From Clostridia bacterium (GTDB taxonomy: Bacteria > Bacillota > Clostridia > Christensenellales > UMGS416): a stretch of DNA of 64,000 nt. Below the pieces are notes generated by a model. The model did no database searches and had not been told where the DNA came from. It worked only from the letters and a program-made list of their open reading frames with translations. Where the stretch lies: contig DAOWFX010000127.1 in the NCBI GenBank assembly GCA_030637745.1, forward strand, positions 237-64,236, read 5' to 3'. Shown here piece by piece: positions 57,554-64,000 of this stretch (position 1 is its first letter; each line of letters begins with the position of its first letter). Both the position numbers and the translations under genes were made by a program.

Positions 57554-57628
57554 CTTGATATTTGCATGCAAAATGTGTATTATTTATACTATAAGAATAG
57601 ATTAGCAGATTATGGGAGAGATTACTCT

Positions 57629-58255
57629 ATGGCAATAAAATGTGATTATAAAATATCCGGAAATGCAATGCAGATTTCAGCCCCTCGAGGACTTGATTTG
57701 CTACCGGGTAGATTGATACGGAAAATTGTAAAGAACATAGAATCAAAATATCAAATATGTGAATACAGTGAAGTCAAAGGACGTAAAGAAGCAGAGATGA
57801 TGGATGATGTTGTTGGATCTATATATCTTAAAGGTGGTATTGGAGCATGGCTCTTTGGCAATACTCCGATTGCTGTGTTTCAAAGGATACACACCAGCTT
57901 GTATGATCCAGACTTCTTGCGACTTGAAGATGAAGAGACGATGGAATTTCAAAACAGATTACCAGATGATGAGCCCTTCAACTATGAAGACTTTACAGTT
58001 TCCATGCCTTCAGACTATCATATTATGATTGCGCCATCGACAAGTAAGCTAATTGAGGTAGTATCGCACCTTCGTCCTGATAACTTTGATGATGTACGTA
58101 AGGCGATCTCAAGGATCGCTGTTGCATCCATTACTGTATATGATGAAGCGGATATGTATATTGAATACACAGACAAAGAGTTCCCGATAGTTTTTGCACA
58201 AGGGGTCGATGAATGGCTCAATGAACCGCAAGAAGTTGAATATTTGGATTTTTAG
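57629..58255 (+). CDS. Hypothetical protein (acidic, no family recognised)
   Basis: ATG 57629 lies downstream of the pduL terminator. The ORF-track start at 57509 would span that terminator. Confidence 0.45.
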   Translation: MAIKCDYKISGNAMQISAPRGLDLLPGRLIRKIVKNIESKYQICEYSEVKGRKEAEMMDDVVGSIYLKGGIGAWLFGNTPIAVFQRIHTSLYDPDFLRLEDEETMEFQNRLPDDEPFNYEDFTVSMPSDYHIMIAPSTSKLIEVVSHLRPDNFDDVRKAISRIAVASITVYDEADMYIEYTDKEFPIVFAQGVDEWLNEPQEVEYLDF

Positions 58256-58298
58256 GACACTACTGTTCGATTTTATAGTAAGATAATAAAGCTTTTAT

Positions 58299-58330
58299 AC
58301 TTTCTCGGCTTCCCCCGAGGAAGTTTTGTT
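58299..58330 (+). terminator. Intrinsic terminator
   Basis: aCTTTCTCGG-cttccc-CCGAGGAAGt followed by tttgtt. Confidence 0.7.
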
Positions 58331-58445
58331 ATTGTTGGACAAACTCAAGGTTTCTTTAAAATAATAGGATTCTTGAAAGAAGCGATGTGCAATATTGCTT
58401 TTAATAGTGGTTATTTGCTATAATATAGCAACTTAGGAGGGTAAA

Positions 58446-60113
58446 ATGAGAACAGATATCGAAATCGCAAGAGACGCAGAAATGCAACCCATAACACAAA
58501 TTATAGAAAAACTTGGTGTTGATGAAGATCAATACGAGTCCTACGGGAAGTATAAAGCAAAACTGAGTGCAAAATACTATAATCAGTTGAAAGATAAAAA
58601 ATCAGGCAAGCTCATACTAGTGACTGCAATGAACCCAACACCTGCAGGAGAAGGAAAAACAACCATCACAGTCGGCCTTGCAGATGGTTTTTCAAAGATT
58701 GGTGAGAATGTTTGTGCAGCACTTCGCGAACCATCACTAGGACCTGTCTTTGGAATGAAAGGCGGCGCAGCCGGTGGTGGCTATGCACAGGTCGTCCCCA
58801 TGGAAGACTTGAACCTCCACTTTACAGGAGACATGCACGCAATTACTGCTGCTAATAATTTACTTGCAGCACTTATAGATAACCATGTTTATCAAGGCAA
58901 TACACTGAATATCGATATAGAAAAGATCCTATGGAGACGATGCCTTGATATGAACGATCGACAGATTCGAAACATCCAAAGTGGTTTGGGTAAAAAGTCG
59001 GGTGTTCCGCGCATGGGTGGCTTTGATATCACTGCAGCCTCTGAAGTCATGGCAGCATTTTGCCTTGCAACGAGCTTGGATGACCTGAAGAAACGATTGG
59101 CACGTATCACTGTAGCACTAAACACTGACGGTAATGCGGTAACAGCAGGTGACATCAACGCACAAGGTGCGATGACGGTACTTTTGAAAGATGCCTTCAA
59201 TCCCAATGTAGTACAGACCTTAGAGAATACGCCCATACTGGTACATGGTGGACCCTTTGCAAACATCGCACATGGATGTTCAAGCTTAATTGCAACCAAA
59301 ATGGCGACAAAGCTGTGTGATTATACCATCACAGAAGCCGGCTTTGGCGCAGACCTGTGGGCTGAGAAATTCATTGATATCAAGTGTCGCATGGGAGGGA
59401 TTAGCCCCGATGCGGTGGTGTTGGTTGCGACCGTTCGTGCGCTCAAATATCATGGAGGAATTGCCAAGGAAAACCTCACAGAAGAAAATGTAGATGCGCT
59501 AAAAGCAGGGCTCACAAACCTAGGCAAGCACATCGAAAATATACAAAATCTTTTCAAGCTCAATGTGGTAGTTGCGATTAACAAATTTAGCTCAGATACG
59601 CAAAGTGAAATGGAAGAGATTAAGAAATATTGCACTACATATGATGTCGAAGCTGTGCTTGCAGACGGCTGGGATAAAGGTGGCGCCGGAATGTGTGATC
59701 TTGCAAAGCAAGTGATTAAGTTGTGTGATAATAATGAGCAGACAATGGAATTCATTTATGATACCGCAGATAGTATAAAAAAGAAGATGGAGATGCTTTC
59801 AAAGTACTATGGTGCAGGAAGTGTGGAATATACAGAACGCGCAGAAGAAGACATCAGGATGATACAAAGACTCGGGCTTGAAAAGCTCCCTATTTGTGTT
59901 GCGAAAACGCAGTATTCTCTATCTACCAGTGTAAAAAAATTGGGACGCCCAGAAGGCTTCAACATGAAAGTGCGAAGATTATTTGTATCCAGTGGTGCAG
60001 GATTTATCGTCATCGCAACAGGCTCAATACTGAGGATGCCGGGGTTGCCGAAGGTACCTTCAGCCAACAGTATTGATATCAATGAAGATGATGAAGTAGT
60101 TGGGCTATTCTAG
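58446..60113 (+). CDS. fhs: Formate-tetrahydrofolate ligase
   Basis: 555 aa. PTPAGEGKTT, EPSLGPVFG(M)KGGAAGGGY, and overall unmistakable FTHFS sequence. TAGGAGGG RBS. Confidence 0.95.
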   Translation: MRTDIEIARDAEMQPITQIIEKLGVDEDQYESYGKYKAKLSAKYYNQLKDKKSGKLILVTAMNPTPAGEGKTTITVGLADGFSKIGENVCAALREPSLGPVFGMKGGAAGGGYAQVVPMEDLNLHFTGDMHAITAANNLLAALIDNHVYQGNTLNIDIEKILWRRCLDMNDRQIRNIQSGLGKKSGVPRMGGFDITAASEVMAAFCLATSLDDLKKRLARITVALNTDGNAVTAGDINAQGAMTVLLKDAFNPNVVQTLENTPILVHGGPFANIAHGCSSLIATKMATKLCDYTITEAGFGADLWAEKFIDIKCRMGGISPDAVVLVATVRALKYHGGIAKENLTEENVDALKAGLTNLGKHIENIQNLFKLNVVVAINKFSSDTQSEMEEIKKYCTTYDVEAVLADGWDKGGAGMCDLAKQVIKLCDNNEQTMEFIYDTADSIKKKMEMLSKYYGAGSVEYTERAEEDIRMIQRLGLEKLPICVAKTQYSLSTSVKKLGRPEGFNMKVRRLFVSSGAGFIVIATGSILRMPGLPKVPSANSIDINEDDEVVGLF

Positions 60114-60115
60114 TA

Positions 60116-60318
60116 GAGCACTCAAAATGGCACAAATACAATGCGATGTCCATCATCAAAACTCGATTACATATGTTTGGATATGCGCACTCGTTCGATA
60201 ATAAGCCTCAGACCGCCTTGCGCGTATTTTGAGCACTCTTTGTGATTTAAGAGTAGAAGATATATGATGAGCACTTAAAATGGTACTGATATGATGTGAT
60301 GTCTGTCGTCGAAATTCG
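60116..60318. repeat. Two diverged approximately 50-nt direct repeats (60116-60165 and 60269-60318) in the fhs 3' region
   Basis: gagcactcaaaatggcacaaatacaatgcgatgtccatcatcaaaactcg versus gagcacttaaaatggtactgatatgatgtgatgtctgtcgtcgaaattcg. About three quarters of positions are identical and most differences are transitions. A third gagcactc lies at 60231. Confidence 0.75.
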
Positions 60319-60338
60319 TAATAATAGTTATAAATAAC

Positions 60339-60371
60339 AAACTCTCTCTGCACATGACGTAGAGAGAGTTT
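60339..60371. terminator. 11-bp-stem hairpin closing the fhs 3' region
   Basis: AAACTCTCTCT-gcacatgacgt-AGAGAGAGTTT. The T-tract is weak. Confidence 0.5.
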
Positions 60372-60504
60372 ATATATTATCAGCTAATATGTCTTATACT
60401 AAGAGAAGACTTAGATAATGGATATAGAATTTTATAGAACAGTTTAGGTAAACTACGTTGAGTTTCATAGATAAGAAGTAGTATAATATATTTGAGGTAA
60501 AATA

Positions 60505-61383
60505 ATGAAACTTGCAAGCTATAAATATCAAAACAAACAGAACTGGGGCATAGTGGACACTATAAATCAGTTGGTTTATCCGAGTGCAGAAGTATTTGGA
60601 GAAGATTGTGCTGCAAGTTTGTTGGAGCACATAAAAGCCAATGGATGTGATGCATTTACATCTTTTGATTTGATGGAAGTTGAAGGAATTCCGTTTGTCG
60701 ATGTGACACTACTATCGCCGATAGTAAATCCTTCGCGAAATGTTTTCTGTGTTGGGAAGAACTATATTGATCATATCAAGGAACTGGAACAGTTTGACAC
60801 ACAACAATTCAAGCTCAATGAAGAACGACCTATCTTCTTTACCAAATGTACAACATCAGTGATGGGTCCTTATGACAACATTCCACTACATGAAGGAATA
60901 ACAGAAGCAGTGGATTATGAAGCAGAGCTTGCGATTATCATTGGAAAAGAAGGTATCAATATTAAAAGAGAAGATGCACTGGAGCATGTATTCGGATACA
61001 CAGTACTCAATGACGTTACTGCGCGTGACTTGCAAAAAGCGCACAAGCAATGGTTTAAAGGAAAGAGCTTGGATGGGTTTTGCCCGATGGGGCCTTGGAT
61101 CGTTACTCGAGATGAGATAAGGGATCCACAGAACTTGGACATTAGCACATATGTGAATGATGAAGTGCGTCAAAGCTCCAATACGCAGAATATGATATTT
61201 GACATCGCAACACTGATTGAGTGGTTATCCCAAGGTATCACACTCAAGCCCGGAGATATATTAGCTACAGGAACACCAAGTGGTGTGGGACTTGGAATGT
61301 ATCCACCGCAGTTTCTAAAAAGCGGTGATGTAGTTCAGATTACTGTGCAAGATATCGGGACGATTAAAAACAGGGTTAAATAA
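60505..61383 (+). CDS. Fumarylacetoacetate hydrolase (FAH) family protein
   Basis: VFCVGKNY.DH, DYEAELAIIIGK, GKSLDGFCPMGPWIVT, GDILATGTP. Confidence 0.88.
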   Translation: MKLASYKYQNKQNWGIVDTINQLVYPSAEVFGEDCAASLLEHIKANGCDAFTSFDLMEVEGIPFVDVTLLSPIVNPSRNVFCVGKNYIDHIKELEQFDTQQFKLNEERPIFFTKCTTSVMGPYDNIPLHEGITEAVDYEAELAIIIGKEGINIKREDALEHVFGYTVLNDVTARDLQKAHKQWFKGKSLDGFCPMGPWIVTRDEIRDPQNLDISTYVNDEVRQSSNTQNMIFDIATLIEWLSQGITLKPGDILATGTPSGVGLGMYPPQFLKSGDVVQITVQDIGTIKNRVK

Positions 61384-61395
61384 ACAAAGGATACT

Positions 61396-62028
61396 ATGTG
61401 TAAAATCACTTCCATTACAAGACAAGTCAAGAACAAAAATCGTGTCTCCATTCATGTGGATGGTAGCTACTTTGGTGCGCTTGATGAAAAGACTTTCTTG
61501 AGTAGTGGATTAAAAACCGGAGATACACTGTCTGAAGATATTTGGGAGCGGTTGTTTGCACAAGCAGAGAATGAAGCTGCGTTTAATAAAGCACTAGGAT
61601 ACATTTCGCGCTTGATGCGAAGCAAAAAGCAGATGATAGAGTACCTCAACAAGAAAGGCTATGAGGCGCAATCCATTCAATATGCAATCGATAAACTGAA
61701 AGAGTACAAATACATTGACGATGAAAGTTATGCACGGATGATCTTGTCACATCAAGTGAATGTTAAGCATGCAGGGATGATGGCAGTGAAAAATGCTATG
61801 TATAAAAACGGAATAGATAAACAGACATCAGAAAAAGCGATCTTAGAGTATGACAATGAGAAACAACGAGAAAATGCTAAAATTTGCGCTGAGAAACTAT
61901 TGAAAAAGTATCATAGGATACAAGACAGACGCGAAAAAAAGCACAAGATCTCACAAGCCATGATGCGTCGCGGATACAACTGGGATATGATTAATTCTGT
62001 GTTGCGGGGCGATGACGAAGAGAATTAA
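61396..62028 (+). CDS. recX: Recombination regulator RecX
   Basis: Three-repeat helical protein. ALGYISRLMRSKKQMIEYLNKKGY. About 210 aa, typical of Firmicutes RecX. Confidence 0.75.
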   Translation: MCKITSITRQVKNKNRVSIHVDGSYFGALDEKTFLSSGLKTGDTLSEDIWERLFAQAENEAAFNKALGYISRLMRSKKQMIEYLNKKGYEAQSIQYAIDKLKEYKYIDDESYARMILSHQVNVKHAGMMAVKNAMYKNGIDKQTSEKAILEYDNEKQRENAKICAEKLLKKYHRIQDRREKKHKISQAMMRRGYNWDMINSVLRGDDEEN

Positions 62029-63988
62029 AAAATGATTTCAACAAAAAATCAATATACTTGAAAATCCCTAACTTCCTTCTGGAATACACAAGCAAAGCTT
62101 TATGATAGGTGAAGATAGATAGCATATCTTTGTCCGTTAGGTCTTGTTGTGCATAAATCATTTTGCTAATAACTTCCGCTACCTTTTGATACTTATACCC
62201 ATATAGATTAAGCCATTCATCTACCATAATTGCATGTGCATTTAATGTGGTACCTGGTGGCTTGTCATACTTATAGTAAGAAAAGAGCTTCAGAATAGTC
62301 TTATAATAAAACACTACAATCTCATTGTTGTTTTTATATCTTTTCTTGACTGCAAACAAACTTAAACGTATTCTGCTGATTACAAGTAGTGCAGCAAACA
62401 GCAGTACAATCGTAGAAATCGTGATGATAATTGCCACAATTGGCATTGAAGTGGTTGGTTGCTCTATTGGAACATCTACTTCTTCAACAAACTCTTCATT
62501 AAAGAATTCTTCTTCAAATGGGATGGTCTCACCTGATGAGACTATTTGATTGTTGGTTCTTGTCTCCGGTTCAAAAGGTATCCAACCAAATCCTTCAATA
62601 TAGACTTCAGCCCATGCATGTGCATTTTTTCCCGTGATCACCTGTGGTAGGTGGGGCTGCGCTTTAGGGTCAGTTCTAAAGCCTTCAACATATCGAGAGG
62701 GGATACCTGCACTGCGTGCCATAACAGCCATTGCAGAAGCAAAGTATGTGCAATAACCTCTTTTTGTTTCAAGAAAATGTTCCACAAAACCCATATCTTC
62801 AGGTGGAATATCCGGGGATAGAGTGTAGGTAAATCCATCTTCTAAGTACTCCATGATAGCAACTGCTTTCAGGTAGTCACTTTCTACATCTTCAGTAATC
62901 TTTAATACAGTTTCATGAACGCTTGCAGGAATGTTTTCCGCGACTTTAGTAAAATTTCTATCAATCAATTCTCTTTGATTAGAATAATCATCTGACAAAT
63001 TACTTTGTACTTTTTTCACGTAGTTTTCAAAACTTGCTGCCTCATATAAAAGAAAATCCACTTTTATCTTGTAGCCAATTCCTGATTCAATATTACGAGA
63101 CGAAAAAACTTCACCTATCGTGTTGAATGAGGGTATCATTGTCAGCATCTTGTCTGCTGAAACTTTCATCGTTCTAAAAGGTGTAAAAAGTGTTGAGGAA
63201 CCATTTGATATCGGAGAGATGGATACATCAACTTTTCTAAAGAATAATGGATTTCTAGCATCTCCTTGCGGAAGATAAAGACTAAAAACTTGGTCTTTTA
63301 CATTTTCATTTTTCAAATTGAACCTGTAACGATAACTATCAGAATCATCAATCCAACTATTTCCTGTATAGGTGTTTTTGATGTTTCCAATAAGCAAAAC
63401 AGGTCTATCCGTTTGGACATACATAATTTCTTTGTCTGACAACTCAACAGGACCACCCAATCTGTTATTTAATGGTTGATAACCTACTGAACTTATATTG
63501 AATATTGTACGCTCTCTAGTGTTTCCTGTAAATTCTGATATGTAATCCCCAATAATATTAGTACGCAATGATAACCATTCCCATTTACTATCAAGTTTCT
63601 TGCCATTTGCTAGAGAAACAAGCATTATTACAAGTAAAGCAGCTACAGGAATCAGCCATGCTGAATTCAGGTTTCTTACAGTTTTAATATTTTCCCCCGG
63701 TTTAGGTTTGAGCCCATGGGCGAAGAATACTAATAAACAGCCAAATACTATGGATGTTTCATACAGTATAGATAATCCTCTTTGATCCCATTGCAATATA
63801 ACCAGAGTGATGCATATTATTAAAGTCGCTGGGAAAAAGGAAAATGCTAACGTCGGTATATATATGATAAGCGAAATTATTAATATAGATAATATGCATA
63901 AAAGATTGGTATATTCAAGAGAAAGGGGAGCGTTGTCAAACAAGAATTGTTTTGATGCATTAAAAAAGTTCAGTACTTCACTTTGCAC
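61991..63988 (-). CDS. Transglutaminase-like domain membrane protein; the N-terminus probably extends beyond the window
   Basis: Core GYCTYFASAMAVMARSAGIPSRYVEGF...HAWAEVY (Cys-His transglutaminase fold) with multiple N-terminal TMs. The frame stays open from the GTG at 63988 to base 64000. The 3' end overlaps recX by 38 nt. Confidence 0.8.
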   Translation of the reverse strand: MQSEVLNFFNASKQFLFDNAPLSLEYTNLLCILSILIISLIIYIPTLAFSFFPATLIICITLVILQWDQRGLSILYETSIVFGCLLVFFAHGLKPKPGENIKTVRNLNSAWLIPVAALLVIMLVSLANGKKLDSKWEWLSLRTNIIGDYISEFTGNTRERTIFNISSVGYQPLNNRLGGPVELSDKEIMYVQTDRPVLLIGNIKNTYTGNSWIDDSDSYRYRFNLKNENVKDQVFSLYLPQGDARNPLFFRKVDVSISPISNGSSTLFTPFRTMKVSADKMLTMIPSFNTIGEVFSSRNIESGIGYKIKVDFLLYEAASFENYVKKVQSNLSDDYSNQRELIDRNFTKVAENIPASVHETVLKITEDVESDYLKAVAIMEYLEDGFTYTLSPDIPPEDMGFVEHFLETKRGYCTYFASAMAVMARSAGIPSRYVEGFRTDPKAQPHLPQVITGKNAHAWAEVYIEGFGWIPFEPETRTNNQIVSSGETIPFEEEFFNEEFVEEVDVPIEQPTTSMPIVAIIITISTIVLLFAALLVISRIRLSLFAVKKRYKNNNEIVVFYYKTILKLFSYYKYDKPPGTTLNAHAIMVDEWLNLYGYKYQKVAEVISKMIYAQQDLTDKDMLSIFTYHKALLVYSRRKLGIFKYIDFLLKSFFNSLRHRPATQN

Positions 63989-64000
63989 AGTTGCATCAAG

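Noticed and set aside
1545-57628. Long N-terminal extensions offered by the ORF track (starts at 1545, 2396, 30750, 33964, 42973, 53047, 55099, 57509)
   Set aside because: In each case an internal ATG preceded by a good Shine-Dalgarno sequence gives the canonical N-terminus of the family. Alternatively the extension overlaps the upstream gene or a terminator.
60156-60353. 65-aa minus-strand ORF in the fhs 3' region
   Set aside because: Its apparent internal repeat (HHISTILSAHHISSTL) only reflects the DNA repeats. It has no RBS and spans the hairpin. The repeat copies do not preserve a reading frame.
1-64000. Mobile elements, prophage, defence islands, and rRNA or tRNA genes
   Set aside because: No transposase, integrase, recombinase, reverse transcriptase, restriction, Cas, toxin-antitoxin or phage structural motifs appear in any listed ORF. 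No cloverleaf-like or rRNA-like sequence was noticed in the intergenic regions. A tRNAscan/Infernal run would confirm this.

Overview
AT-rich, low-GC Firmicutes-like chromosomal window using the standard bacterial code (TGA, TAG and TAA all act as stops). Gene calls rest on motifs read by eye in the supplied ORF translations; no searches were run. I support about 65 CDS. I recognised no rRNA, tRNA, CRISPR array, transposase, integrase or phage gene. Layout: (i) 1-3640, a tightly coupled operon of DUF89, two MinD-ferredoxin ATPases, a NifX-like protein and Mrp/NBP35. (ii) 3.7-14.3 kb, mixed metabolism and regulators: RlmM-like methyltransferase, two AraC regulators, sdaAB/sdaAA, a solitary fucI, an esterase and a lipoprotein metallopeptidase. 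(iii) 14.4-19.8 kb, an unusual 964-aa PHP-TM-Cache-TM-PAS-DUF294 protein beside a DUF4212/ActP-like symporter pair. (iv) 20.3-25.1 kb, a PHP phosphatase and a TetR-controlled ABC-2 exporter operon. (v) 25.1-25.7 kb, a 620-bp non-coding region holding 91-bp tandem repeats with GACCA-N3-TGGTC palindromes. The same region holds a promoter, a Tyr-rich 28-codon leader ORF and a terminator in front of tyrS, with no T-box visible. (vi) 27-43.9 kb, envelope and accessory genes: alkaline phosphatase, a triplicated LTxxQ secreted protein, LCP, a Pro/Thr-tailed surface protein, SHOCT pair, DUF1566 lipoprotein, TetR plus Zn-ribbon, ECF sigma/anti-sigma/SIMPL, and a MerR-ABC operon. (vii) 44-57 kb, the conserved core block plsX-acpP-rnc-smc-ftsY-ylxM-ffh-rpsP-KH-rimM-trmD-rplS, interrupted by two orphan membrane ORFs and structured repeat-bearing spacers. 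(viii) pduL, a hypothetical gene, fhs, an FAH-family gene, recX and a transglutaminase-like membrane protein that runs off the window. The best candidates for new biology are the PHP-Cache-PAS-DUF294 sensor linked to the symporter, the Tyr-codon leader attenuator of tyrS, and the uncharacterised MinD-ferredoxin/NifX/Mrp/DUF89 cluster.
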